From: Macrostomum lignano | Lineage: Eukaryota | DNA length: 42,471 nt | Assembly (NCBI GenBank): GCA_002269645.1 | Contig: NIVC01003509.1 | Span: 1-42,471 of the forward strand | Reading direction: 5' to 3' | Shown here: positions 10,005 to 21,495 of the stretch, piece after piece | How the letters are laid out: every line of letters begins with the position of its first letter | How positions within the stretch are numbered: the stretch's first letter is position 1 | The notes under the pieces: model-generated | The model's input: the letters and a program-made list of their open reading frames with translations, nothing else | What the model was told of the DNA's origin: nothing | The model's database searches: none | Translations under genes and position numbers: made by a program

Positions 10005-11665
10005 AATGAGAAATGAGGTGGATCAAATGAGACATGAGATGCATCTAATGAGACATGAGGTGGATCTAATGAGACATGAGGTGCATCCAAAGAGATATGA
10101 GATGCATCCAATGAGACATGAGGTGAATCTAATGAGACATGAGGTGCATCCAAAGAGATATGAGATGCATCCAATGAGACATGAGGTGGATCAAATGAGA
10201 CATGAGGTGCATCCAAAGAGATATGAGATGCATCCAATGAGACATGAGGTGAATCTAATGAGACATGAGGTGCATCCAAAGAGATATGAGATGCATCCAA
10301 TGAGACATGTGTAGTGAGTATTCCTCTCCCAGCCGTTTAAAGGACGCATGGTCCTTCCCGTGTTGTTTATTTACGTGTACTTTCTCGCGCGTACCGGTGA
10401 AAACCGGCCCACCAATATGTCTATCTCTGCTATCGTTGGGGTTTGGGTGAGCCTGGGTGCAGTCAGTTTTTGGGCTTAGCTGGGGGAGTCGCGCTGTTTG
10501 TTTGGGCCGTGGCGCCGGCTGATTGGCTGAGCCCACCCCTCCTTTGCGCTGGTTGGGGGGTTGGCCTCTCTTAGCTGCATGTGTGGCTACCCTCTGCCCC
10601 ACCCCGCTCCGCCGGTCTATTTAGGTGAGCCCCCTGCTGAGTTGTTTTTAGTTAAGTGTTGTGGCCCGTCTCGACTTGCGGCCCCACCGGCTTTTGCTAC
10701 TGAATTTGCGCTACGTTTCCAATAGCGACAACCTATTTCTGTGCTGTGCTCTGTTCGTGTACGAGCCCCTGTTCTCTGCGACCCTGCGCTCTTTTCCTGT
10801 GCGACCCCGAGCATTCGTTCTCTGCGCTTCTGCCTGCGTTTCAAACTGCGCTGAAATAGACTGCGCACCACCGAAACCGTGAGACCTTTTGCCGTGTTGT
10901 TCTTTGGGGTTAGCTGCTTAGGCTCTAGGCGGGATTGGAGCGTCGTACGCGTGCTGGGGGCAATTGGGCTGCTCAAACCGCCTGCTTTTCCCTCCCGACT
11001 CCGCGTCGTACGCGAGTGGGTGGGCGACCGCAGTGAGGGTCAGAACACGAGCCCGAACTCCGGGAGAAACGACCCGGATCCCCCCCGTGTCACCACACAT
11101 GAGATGCATCCAACAAGACATGAGATGCATCCAATGAGACATGAGGTGAATCTAATGAGACATGAGGTGCATCCAAAGAGATATGAGATCCATCCAATGA
11201 GACATGAGGTGAATCTAATGAGACATGAGGTGAATCTAATGAGACATGAGGTGAATCTAATGAGACATGAGTTGGATCAAATGAGACATGAGTTGGATCA
11301 AATGAGACATGAGTTGGATCAAATGAGACATGAGGTGAATCTAATGAGACATGAGTTGGATCAAATGAGACATGAGGTGAATCTAATGAGACATGAGTTG
11401 GATCAAATGATACATGAGGTGAATCTAATGAGACATGAGGTGGATCAAATGAGACATGAGGTGGATCAAATGAGACATGAGGTGGATCAAATGAGACATG
11501 AGGTGGATCAAATGAGACATGAGGTGGATCAAATGAGACATGAGGTGGATCAAATGAGACATGAGGTGGATCAAATGAGACATGAGGTGGATCAAATGAG
11601 ACATGAGGTGGATCAAATGAGACATGAGGTGGATCAAATGAGACATGAGGTGGATCAAATGAGAC
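10005..11665. repeat. 21-bp minisatellite (atgagacatgaggtggatcaa) in MRPL38 intron 3, split by the solo LTR
   Basis: Arrays 10005-10309 and 11098-11665; source of the MRHEVDQ pseudo-ORFs. Confidence 0.95.
10310..11097. mobile_element. Solo LTR (788 bp) of an LTR retrotransposon, inserted in MRPL38 intron 3
   Basis: Termini TGTAGTG...CACCACA (TG..CA, 6/7 inverted). Flanked by a 4-bp TSD CATG (10306-10309 and 11098-11101). Removing it restores the satellite unit atgagacatgagatgcatcc. Minus-strand AATAAA at 10366-10371. Confidence 0.88.
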
Positions 11666-11693
11666 GAGATCTCTCAATCCCCAGGGTGCTCAC

Positions 11694-12238
11694 AGATTGA
11701 AGGGCTCGGAAAAGGCGAACTGCTGCATCTTCGGTCTGTAGGGCGCCGGCCAGCGGAACTCGAAGACGGGCTCGGCGCCCATGTCGGTCAGCCGATGCCG
11801 GTAGACGGTCCGCACCGACGGGTCCCAGGCGGCCTGGAAGAAGCAGAGGCCGGCCGGGGTCAGCCGGTCCTGGTGGCGCCGGTAGAACTCAGCGGTGCTG
11901 AAGTCGCGCTCAGCCAGTCGGTCTCCGGCCAGCTGTTGGTTCTCCTGCTGGTCCTCCAGAGGCGCGGACTGCACGAAGAGCACCAGCGCGTAGCGGTGCA
12001 GGCCGGTGCCCAGCGGCGGGATTGGCTGCAGGTAGGGGAGGCGGACGCGGCCCTCCGCCACGCGGCCGCTGCCGGGGATGTCGGTGACCAGCCAGTGCGC
12101 GTACTCGCGCTCCGCCGACTGCAGGTGCTCATCGGGACAGGTGAGCAGCACCGCCCACTTCAGCTGCTGCTGCTGACCAGAGCTGCTGCTGTTGAAATCC
12201 TGCGGCTCCTGCCAGCGCAGGTCTGGGGCCTCGGAACA
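11694..12238 (-). CDS. MRPL38: MRPL38 exon 3 of 4 (PEBP-like domain)
   Basis: Acceptor caattccag|TGT, donor CT|GTGAGC (phase 2). Contains EYAHWLVTDIPG, YLQPIPPLGTGLHRY, LTPAGLCFFQAAWD, EPVFEF: a PEBP fold with mL38-specific motifs. Confidence 0.95.
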
Positions 12239-12267
12239 CTGGAATTGCGGGACAGCGGAGATTTTGG

Positions 12268-13212
12268 CTGGGATCTGGGAGGGCTGCTATCCCAGTTTGG
12301 GATCTGGGAGGGTTGCTATCCCAGTTGGGATCTGGGAGGGCTGCTATTCCAGTTTGGGATCTGGGAGGGTTGCTATCCCAGTAAGGGAATCTGGGAGGGT
12401 TGCTATCCCAGTAAGGGAATCTGGGAGGGTTGCTATCCCAGTAAGGGAATCTGGGAGGGTTGCTATCCCAGTAAGGGAATCTGGGAGGGTTGCTATCCCA
12501 GTAAGGGAATCTGGGAGGGTTGCTATCCCAGTAAGGGAATCTGGGAGGGTTGCTATCCCAGTTGGGGATCTGGGAGGGTTGCTATCCCAGTTTGGGATCT
12601 GGGAGGGTTGCTATCCCAGTAAGGGAATCTGGGAGGGTTGCTATCCCAGTAAGGGAATCTGGGAGGGTTGCTATCCCAGTAAGGGAATCTGGGAGGGTTG
12701 CTATCCCAGTTGGGGATCTGGGAGGGTTGCTATCCCAGTTTGGGATCTGGGAGGGTTGCTATCCCAGTAAGGGAATCTGGGAGGGTTGCTATCCCAGTAA
12801 GGGAATCTGGGAGGGTTGCTATCCCAGTAAGGGAATCTGGGAGGGTTGCTATCCCAGTAAGGGAATCTGGGAGGGTTGCTATCCCAGTAAGGGAATCTGG
12901 GAGGGTTGCTATCCCAGTTGGGGATCTGGGAGGGTTGCTATCCCAGTTTGGGATCTGGGAGGGTTGCTATCCCAGTAAGGGAATCTGGGAGGGTTGCTAT
13001 CCCAGTAAGGGAATCTGGGAGGGTTGCTATCCCAGTAAGGGAATCTGGGAGGGTTGCTATCCCAGTAAGGGAATCTGGGAGGGTTGCTATCCCAGTTGGG
13101 GATCTGGGAGGGTTGCTATCCCAGTTTGGGATCTGGGAGGGTTGCTATCCCAGTTTGGGATCTGGGAGGGTTGCTATCCCAGTTGGGGATCTGGGAGGGT
13201 TGCTACCCCAGT
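12268..13212. repeat. 29/30-bp minisatellite (gggaatctgggagggttgctatcccagtaa) in MRPL38 intron 2
   Basis: Period 30 visible line-to-line; runs of 30-mers punctuated by pairs of 29-mers. Confidence 0.97.
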
Positions 13213-13754
13213 CTGAGATCTGAGTTAGATTCTCTAAGTCGAAGAGGGGATAAGGAGGCGCCATAACCGAAGGCAGTCATCAGATTGAATGTGCTCAGCA
13301 GTCAACTGCAGCCTAGCAACTAAAAACAAATAGTCAAGAAGCTGCAATCGCTAAGGCGCAAATTACATCATCACGTGACCGAGTTCTTATAGAACAATGA
13401 GTGCTGGATACTGCATCAGACAGACTGAATCAGCAGTCACTTGCGCACGTTTTTACGACGAGTTAGGCGCTCGTCCGTCGCGCAAGGCTAAGGCGCAAAT
13501 TACGTCATCACGAGCAGCGAAACAGCACTATCTAGCTACAGTGTGATAATATCCCAACTGATTGACTACTGAGAGTACTATAAAATAGATAATAGGTGAT
13601 ATATAAGCCAGGCACTGCGGTCAGACAGATTCTGTCAGCAGTCACTCGCGCACGTTTTTTAAAACGAGTTAGGCGCTCGTCCGTCACGCGAGGCTAAGGC
13701 GCAAATTACGTCATCACGCGCAGAGGCTGGCGAAGAAGACTATCGTACGCGATC

Positions 13755-14305
13755 TTGCATTCAAGATTTGCAGATTTGAATGCAAGATCCCGACAAAGAC
13801 CAGATCTGAATTGTAACATCCCGACAAAGACCAGATCTGAATTGTAACATCCCGACAAAGACCAGATCTGAATTGTAACATCCCGACAAAGACCAGATCT
13901 CAATGCAAGATCCCAACAAAGACCAGATCTGAATTGTAACATCCCGACAAAGACCAGATCTGAATTGTAACATCCCGACAAAGACCAGATCTGAATTGTA
14001 ACATCCCGACAAAGACCAGATCTGAATTGTAAGATCGCGACAAAGACCAGATCTGAATTGTAACATCCCGACAAAGACCAGATCTGAATTGTAACATCCC
14101 GACAAAGACCAGATCTGAATTGTAAGATCGCGACAAAGACCAGATCTGAATTGTAACATCCCGACAAAGACCAGATCTGAATTGTAACATCCCGACAACG
14201 ACCAGATCTGAATTGTAAGATCGCGACAAAGACCAGATCTGAATGCAAGATCCCGACAAAGACTAGATCTCAATGCAAGATCCCAACAAAGACCAGATCT
14301 TATCC
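13755..14305. repeat. 31-bp minisatellite (ccgacaaagaccagatctgaattgtaacatc) in MRPL38 intron 2
   Basis: About 17 copies. Confidence 0.96.
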
Positions 14306-14470
14306 CAACAGGATCTTGCCATTCTACCAGAAAATGACACGACAGAGCAGCCATCAGACAGATTTTACTCAGCATCGATCAGCTCCAGTTATAAGGAAGC
14401 TGGCTAAGGCGCAAATTACGTCATCAGTTGGACTGCTCTATAAAAATGAGACAGTATGGGGAAATCTCAC

Positions 14471-14731
14471 CTGTCTCGGCGTCATTACGTTGCCAAGGGC
14501 AATGGGACGAACTCGGCCGGGCAGATCCGGATCGGCAAAGTGAGCCCTCAGCGGCACCACCGGGTAGAAGAAGCAGCCGGTCCCGAACAGGTGCTCCATG
14601 ATGGAGTAGTGCCTGGCGGCAGACAGGGCGTGCTCGGGCCGCCGCTCCGACTCCCAGGCGAGCTCCACCGCGTCGAGGTCGACGCGCAGCTGCTGATTGC
14701 GGGCCAGGCGCTCCAGCTCCTGCTGGCGCTT
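14471..14731 (-). CDS. MRPL38: MRPL38 exon 2 of 4 (87 codons)
   Basis: Acceptor ttccgccacag|AAG, donor CAG|GTGAGA. Translates KRQQELERLAR...VDLDAVELAWE...ARHYSIMEHLF...GNVMTPRQ, matching the mL38 region VPLDAVRAEW...AEYYGLYRDLF...GNEVTP. Confidence 0.92.
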
Positions 14732-14887
14732 CTGTGGCGGAATAGAAAATATAGTTATTTTCAACACATATCGGTCAGTGGCATTGAACCCCATATTTGT
14801 AGTGCACGTGCTGTATAAAATGCTTTAAACTCGCGCACTTAGTGCGGTTCCAATGCCTTTCTAGCGCGTGTGCTTCCAAGCATCACA

Positions 14888-15020
14888 TGTTTAATGTGCT
14901 TCTGGCGGCCTGTTTAATGTGCTTCTGGCGGCCTGTTTCATGTGCTTCTGGCGGCCTGTTTAATGTGCTTCTGGCGGCCTGTTTAATGTGCTTCTGGCGG
15001 CTTGTTTAATGTGCTTCTGA
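14888..15020. repeat. 23-bp minisatellite (tgtttaatgtgcttctggcggcc) in MRPL38 intron 1
   Basis: About 6 copies. Confidence 0.93.
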
Positions 15021-15135
15021 TGCCTTCATTAAAGTGCTTTGAGCACCTTATTATTCTTTTGCGGCGCCCTACACTATTTGGGAGAACTCCAGTCCATCAC
15101 TGGTAGAACAGAAGCCACAATAATTTCGCTCGCAC

Positions 15136-15426
15136 CTCATCGGGCGGCTCCGACCGGGAGGCGGTGAGCAGCGACCGCGGTAGGCCGATGTTGCAGGCGG
15201 GCGGCTCCGGGTGGTGGCGGGCGCGCCACTCGGCCATGCGCTGCCGGAAGCTGAGCTTGGCCTCCTCCGGCACCTCCTGCTTGACGCGGACTTTCACGCC
15301 GGGTTCCTCGTCCTCCGGAGTGCGCGGGTCGTACGGCCCCATCATGAATATTGTGCGGGCCGGGGTTCGAGTCTGCGCGGCTGGTGGCCGCAGGCCGCGA
15401 AGTAGGCCGATGAGGGAGCTGCGCAT
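15136..15426 (-). CDS. MRPL38: 39S ribosomal protein L38, mitochondrial, exon 1 of 4 (97 codons, includes presequence-like N-terminus)
   Basis: Arg/Leu/Ser-rich MRSSLIGLLRGLRPP start and NIGLP motif. Donor GAG|GTGCGA, phase 0, matches the exon 2 acceptor. The start codon choice (15426 versus upstream ATGs) is inferred. Confidence 0.8.
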
Positions 15427-15497
15427 CTGGGTGGCTGTGGGCATGCAGTACATGCTCTCGCATTGGTATTTGCGAGCGATACCAGAACTACAATGTG

Positions 15498-16020
15498 ACT
15501 AGAGACCAATCCTAATCAAATGTCTAGAGACCAATCCTAGGGAGATGTCTAGGGACTGATCCTACATGCGCAACCTTGGGAATCACCCGGCCGTTTCTAA
15601 TGGCAACACGCACATGTAAGTCGCTATTGGCTGAGAGCAGTCACGTGACTACTATTCCGTCCAATAGCGACTTCCATGTGTGTGTTGCCAATAGAAACGG
15701 CCGGGTGAATCCCTAGGTTGCGCCCAAGCATGATCCTAGCCAGATGTCTAGACTCTGACCCTAGCCAGATGTCTAGAGACTCTGATCCTACTAGCCAGAT
15801 GTCTAGGGACTGATTCTAGCCAGATGTCTAGAGACTCAGATCCTAGCCAGATGTCTAGAGACTCAGATCCTAGCCAGATGTCTAGAGACTCAGATCCTAG
15901 CCAGATGTCTAGAGACTCAGATCCTAGCCAGATGTCTAGAGACTCAGATCCTAGCCAGATGTCTAGAGACTCAGATCCTAGCCAGATGTCTAGAGACTCA
16001 GATTCTAGCGAGATGTCTAA
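15498..16020. repeat. 27-bp minisatellite (ctagccagatgtctagagactcagatc), interrupted by a hairpin MITE
   Basis: Homogeneous copies 15810-16010, degenerate copies toward 15500. Confidence 0.93.
15565..15732. mobile_element. Hairpin MITE inserted in a 27-bp minisatellite upstream of MRPL38
   Basis: 63-bp inverted arms 15568-15630 / 15661-15723 (58/63 identical by eye). CATG at both ends; ATCCTA duplicated on both flanks. Confidence 0.7.
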
Positions 16021-16564
16021 AAACGAAATCATTCTTACAATGTCTAAGGACACATGCCATTGACACCTAGATAGCCAATCTAATAAAAAAGGCTCTATCC
16101 AGTAATAATAAAAGTACATAACGCACCAATATCGCAAAACGAAGCCGACTAAGACTGGCAAACTACAGTACGTATATTTTATTACGAGCGTAATTTGGCA
16201 AAAATATTAACTACTGACTTCAAAGGAATGCTGGAAAATGAGTGAAAATTAAACAAAGAAAACAATAAAAAGATGCAGCACGATAACTGACGCACAAAAA
16301 CTGCAAACAGAACACAAGGCACAGTTTTAATTTTATGGCTAGATAATAAATTTTCTAAGACACAAATAGGCATATATTCATTTTTGGGCAAATAAAACAA
16401 CCAAAAATGCAAGTCAGTTTCTCGTTAACAAGCGCTATGTGACTGGATAAATAAATAACTACATGTGCCTTATATAGCAACCTGTGAGTGCAGCAGCTGT
16501 ACCAGAGGGCCAATCACAATGAGCTGCTACTGGCTAATGCGACAGGTGAGGAGCGCCATCATTT

Positions 16565-17392
16565 GGGAATTGGAGGGCGATTCTTCAGGAATTGGAGGGC
16601 GATTCTTCAGGAATTGGAGGGCGATTCTTCAGGAATTAGAGGGCGATTTTTCAGGAATCGGATGGCGATTCTTCAGGAATCGGAGGGCGATTCTTCAGGA
16701 ATTGAAGGGAGATTCTACAGGAATGGGAGGGCGATTCTTCAGGAATTGGAGGGCGATTTTTCAGGAATTGGAGGGAGATTCTTCAGGAATTGGAGAGCGA
16801 TTCTTCAGGAATTGGAGGGCGATTTTTCAGGAATCGGAGGGCGATTTTTCAGGAATTGGAGGGCGATTTTTCAGGAATCGGAGGGCGATTCTTCAGGAAT
16901 TGGAGAGCGATTCTTCAGGAATTGAAGGGAGATTCTACAGGAATGGGAGGGCGATTCTTCAGGAATCGGAGGGCGATTCTTCAGGAATTAGAGGGCGATT
17001 TTTCAGGAATCGGAGGGCGATTCTTCAGGAATTGGAGGGCGATTCTTCAGGAATCGGAGGGCGATTTTTCAGGAATTGGAGGGCGATTTTTCAGGAATCG
17101 GAGGGCGATTCTTCAGGAATCGGAGGGCGATTTTTCAGGAATTGGAGGGAGATTCTTCAGGAATTGGAGAGCGATTCTTCAGGAATTGGAGGGCGATTTT
17201 TCAGGAATCGGAGGGCGATTCTTCAGGAATTGGAGAGCGATTCTTCAGGAATCGGAGGGCGATTCTTCAGGAATTGAAGGGAGATTCTACAGGAATGGGA
17301 GGGCGATTCTTCAGGAATCGGAGGGCGATTCTTGAGGGATTGGAGGGCGATTCTTCTGGAATCGGAGGGCGATTCTTCAGGAATCGGAGGGC
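16565..17392. repeat. 22-bp minisatellite (gaattggagggcgattcttcag)
   Basis: About 37 copies. Confidence 0.96.
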
Positions 17393-17981
17393 GGAAGGCC
17401 AAATGTAGTCCAGAGCTGGGAATGACGGCAGCAGCTCAAGAGAACAATTCTCAGACAACCTGAAGCCCCAGTTTCTTGTCACCCAGCCAATAATTAAGTA
17501 AATTGTTGCCATCCGCCTGTCTCAGAGCTGCTCACAATTATGAATAAAACTAGATTAAGACTAAGGCGAAAAGTTGATGGAAAAAAGTACAATAAAAACT
17601 GTCCGAAGTATGCAACTGGCAAGGTGAGCCAACGTGTTACAGACTGCATAGCAACAAGAAAGCTGTTCCTCAAAAAGCTTGTGACTTAGGAGTGAAACGT
17701 AGCATGAGGGGGCGGAGGGTGGGCCAAAGCACGGCAAGCAGCACTGCAAACAGACAGCCAGCCACTCTGCTGTCACCTGCACCGAAATCAGCGAGTCATC
17801 TAATTTTAATAATAAATAATTAGATGATATAAAGTTTTTGGCTGCCAATCGCCTGGTGGACCAAATCTCACCGCGAAATCTTACTAGTAGATAAATTAAT
17901 AAGATCTTTAACCCGAACTCTGATCGCTAGGTTCAAACAACTCTAATCAGAAATCTCACGCTAGATTTTAAATCTACCCCT

Positions 17982-19150
17982 ATCACCCCTAGATCTGACA
18001 CCTCTAATCTCACCCCTAGATCTGACACCTAATCTCACCCCTAGATCTGACACCTCTAATCTCACCCCTAGATCTGACACCTCCAATCTCACCCCTAGAT
18101 CTGACACCTCCAATCTCACCCCTAGATCTGACACCTCTAATCTCACCCCTAGATCTGACACCTCTAATCTCACCCCTAGATCTGACACCTCTAATCTCAC
18201 CCCTAGATCTGACACCTAATCTCACCCCTAGATCTGACACCTCTAATCTCACCCCTAGATCTGACACCTCTAATGTCACCCCTAGATCTGATACATCTAA
18301 CCTCACCCCTAGATCTGACACCTCTAATCTCACCCCTAGATCTGACACCTCTAATGTCACCCCTAGATCTGACACCTCTAATGTCACCCCTAGATCTGAC
18401 ACCTCTAATCTCACCCCTAGATCTGACACCTCTAATCTCACCCCTAGATCTGACACCTAATCTCACCCCTAGATCTGACACCTCTAATCTCACCCCTAGA
18501 TCTGACACCTAATCTCACCCCTAGATCTGACACCTCTAATCTCACCCCTAGATCTGACACCTCTAATGTCACGGTCACCCCTAGATCTGATACATCTAAC
18601 CTCACCCCTAGATCTGACACCTCTAATCTCACCCCTAGATCTGACACCTCCAATCTCACCCCTAGATCTGACACCTCTAATGTCACCCCTAGATCTGATA
18701 CATCTAACCTCACCCCTAGATCTGACACCTCCAATCTCACCCCTAGATCTGACACCTCTAATGTCACCCCTAGATCTGACACCTCTAATCTCACCCCTAG
18801 ATCTGACACCTCTAATGTCACCCCTAGATCTGACACCTCTAATCTCACCCCTAGATCTGACACCTAATCTCACCCCTAGATCTGACACCTCTAATCTCAC
18901 CCCTAGATCTGACACCTAATCTCACCCCTAGATCTGACACCTCTAATCTCACCCCTAGATCTGACACCTAATCTCACCCCTAGATCTGACACCTCTAATG
19001 TCACGGTCACCCCTAGATCTGATACATCTAACCTCACCCCTAGATCTGACACCTCTAATCTCACCCCTAGATCTGACACCTCTAATGTCACCCCTAGATC
19101 TGACACCTCTAATCTCACCCCTAGATCTGACACCTCTAGTCTCTCCTAGA
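17982..19150. repeat. 27-bp minisatellite (cacccctagatctgacacctctaatct) with 25-bp variants
   Basis: About 43 copies just downstream of the DNAJC22 stop. Confidence 0.97.
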
Positions 19151-19314
19151 TCTGACATCTCAAACCCGAAACCTGGCCCCTAATCCTAAAATCTCTAATC
19201 CGAAAACTTCTACACGGTGGATTATGGCCCAGACAGGTGGTCAGGAGCCGCAGCAGTTTCAGCCATACAATTTGACTGCCCTGGCTGACACAGTCACAAA
19301 GCCAGACAGGCGCA

Positions 19315-19506
19315 TCACGTCTCCTTCCGGCTGGCCCGCTTCCGACCCAGCAGGATGTCGCAGGCGGCGCTGACATCCTGGAACTTGGCCTGGAATTCCG
19401 CTTTTTTGTCCGGGTCCTGTTGCCGGTCCGGGTGCAGCTCCACCTTCAGCTTGCGGCAGCGGGACCGAATCTCGTCCGGGCCGGCGCCCTCTTTGATGCC
19501 AATTAT
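19315..19506 (-). CDS. DNAJC22: DNAJC22 exon 4 of 4 (J domain, HPD motif); reading frame not in the supplied ORF track
   Basis: Acceptor ttcccgcag|ATA, phase 0. IIGIKEGAGPDEIRSRCRKLKVELHPDRQQDPDKKAEFQAKFQDVSAACDILLGRKRASRKET*. Whole protein is 390 aa. Confidence 0.92.
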   Translation of the reverse strand: MIGIKEGAGPDEIRSRCRKLKVELHPDRQQDPDKKAEFQAKFQDVSAACDILLGRKRASRKET

Positions 19507-19664
19507 CTGCGGGAATTTTATTGTTCATAAGATATGCTGATGCCAACAAACTACTGCAAGTAGAAGTATGGAGCATGAATTTTATTTCAATTTTCTATGC
19601 GGTTCATGGAGCGATTGAAAGTCAGGTGGGATTCAGGGCGGTTTTCTCACGTGGAGATTATTAA

Positions 19665-19975
19665 TGGGGATTTCAGGGCGATTCTGTCATGGGGAGATTA
19701 TCGATGGGGATTTCAGGGCGATTCTGTCATGAGGAGATTATCGATGGGATTTCAGGGCGATTATCATGTGAATCCAGGGCGATTGTCACGGGGAGATAAT
19801 CGATGGGATTTCAGAACGATTCTGTCACGGATAGTTTATCAAAGGGGATTTCAGGGCGATTGTCACGGGGAGATAATCGATGGGGAATTCAGGGCGATTC
19901 TGTCATGGGGAGATTATCGATGGGGATTTCAGGGCGATTGTCACGGGGAGATTATCGATAGGATTCGGGGCGACT
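19665..19975. repeat. ~38-40-bp degenerate minisatellite (ggggatttcagggcgattgtcacggggagattatcgat) in DNAJC22 intron 3
   Basis: About 8 copies. Confidence 0.9.
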
Positions 19976-20015
19976 CTACAGTGGCCCAGTTTCTAGAGCC
20001 AGTATATGCTCTTAC

Positions 20016-20476
20016 ACTGGCGGCATCTTTTAATCCCTGCGGATCCAGGGCGTCCCACAGCTGCTTGAGAATCTCCTTGAAGCCGTGAATCTTGTAATAC
20101 TCGTACAGCTTGCCCACCGTGTCGCGCATCTCCCGCCAGAGCGGCGATTTAAAGAAATTCCTGACGGCCTCGCGCAGCGGCACGGACTCGCCTTCGTAGG
20201 TGACGCGGGCGTTGTTGAGCAGGCTGAAGGCCAGCAGCGAGTAGAACAGACAGGCGCCGAGGCTCACCGCGCAGGCGCGGCCGCAGCGCGACTTCGGCTT
20301 GGCTGGCCGGCTGCGCCAGTCGCGGCAGAACCAGTTGGCCAGGGAGACAGTGAGCAGTGAGCCGTAAAGGATGTTGTTGAAGTCAGTTGAGTAGACAACG
20401 AATGAGCAGTACGAGCAGATGGCCAGCTTCGTGAAGGACATTTGATGAACACCGATGTTGCCAACTAGGTACACGC
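20016..20476 (-). CDS. DNAJC22: DNAJC22 exon 3 of 4
   Basis: Acceptor ctacccag|GC, donor AGT|GTAAGA. Contains GVYLVGNIG, VPLREAVRNFFKSPLW and LWDALDPQG, characteristic of wurst/DNAJC22 in invertebrates. Confidence 0.92.
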
Positions 20477-20491
20477 CTGGGTAGTGGGTGG

Positions 20492-20856
20492 ATAGTGGGT
20501 ATGGTAGAGGGCGGATAGAGGGTATGGCGGGGGGCGGATAGAGGGTATGGCAGGGGGCGGATAAGGCGGATAGTATCTATAGGTATGGTAGGGGGCGGAT
20601 AGTAGGTATGGTAGGGGGCGGATAGTAGGTATGGTAGGGGCGGATAGTAGGTATGGTAGGGGCGGATAGTAGGTATGGTAGGGGCGGATAGTAGGTATGG
20701 TAGGGGCGGATAGTAGGTATGGTAGGGGCGGATAGTAGGTATGGTAGGGGGCGGATAGTAGGTATGGTAGGGGCGGATAGTAGGTATGGTAGGGGCGGAT
20801 AGTAGGTATGGTAGGGGCGGATAGTAGGTATGGTAGGGGCGGATAGTAGGTATGGT
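20492..20856. repeat. 22-bp G-rich minisatellite (ggggcggatagtaggtatggta) in DNAJC22 intron 2
   Basis: About 16 copies abutting the exon 3 acceptor. Confidence 0.96.
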
Positions 20857-21495
20857 AAAGTACACATAGAACTTGTGGCAAAGAACAAATAGGTGAAACT
20901 GGATGATATTATATCAGACTTGGTCAGCGCACTTTCTGTTGCTAGGGGGGGGGGGAGATTTCTACATCCTGAATTGCTTTTATCTCGTCAAGAAAGTAGA
21001 AAGCCATCAAAGCAGTGCAACAAATGAACAACCCTGTGGTCAGGAAATTGACACAAGAAGGCCATTAAGTGCATAAAAATAAAAGCACTACAAGAGCGTC
21101 AGTCTCCGGAAGTTAGAAGAATCGAGCAGATTGCCAGGTACAAGGCACAAATGAAAACAGTCAAACAAGCCCGAGCGACAGGTGTGGGGAATTACTGAGC
21201 CAGACACATTGTGAGTGCACATGTAGCAAGGTGATGGGCTCTGCTTTAGGCGAAAAAACAATAAATTTACACAAAAGCAAACTGTTTACCGCATACCAAT
21301 AGCCATTGCCAAAGGTGACAATAATTCAATCACGAAGCGAACCTCCTCGACCGTCAATGCCAACTCATCCGATTCTAAAAGTAAATTGTCAATCACGAGA
21401 GGTTAAATCATGGACAGTTGCCGATATTTGAGCTGCACATCACGCAAAATTTCCGATTAATCACGAAAGCAAAAATACAAGCTATATTAAACAGA

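Noticed and set aside
9893-11700. MRHEVDQ / VSFDPPH repeat proteins
   Set aside because: Translations of the 21-bp minisatellite within MRPL38 intron 3.
12192-14375. GIWEGCYPS and QIWSLSGCYN repeat ORFs
   Set aside because: Translations of intron 2 minisatellites in several frames.
16465-19183. Repeat ORFs (GGRFFRN, SDLGVRLEV)
   Set aside because: Minisatellite artefacts; a possible plus-strand GT..AG pair around the 22-bp array gave no convincing protein.
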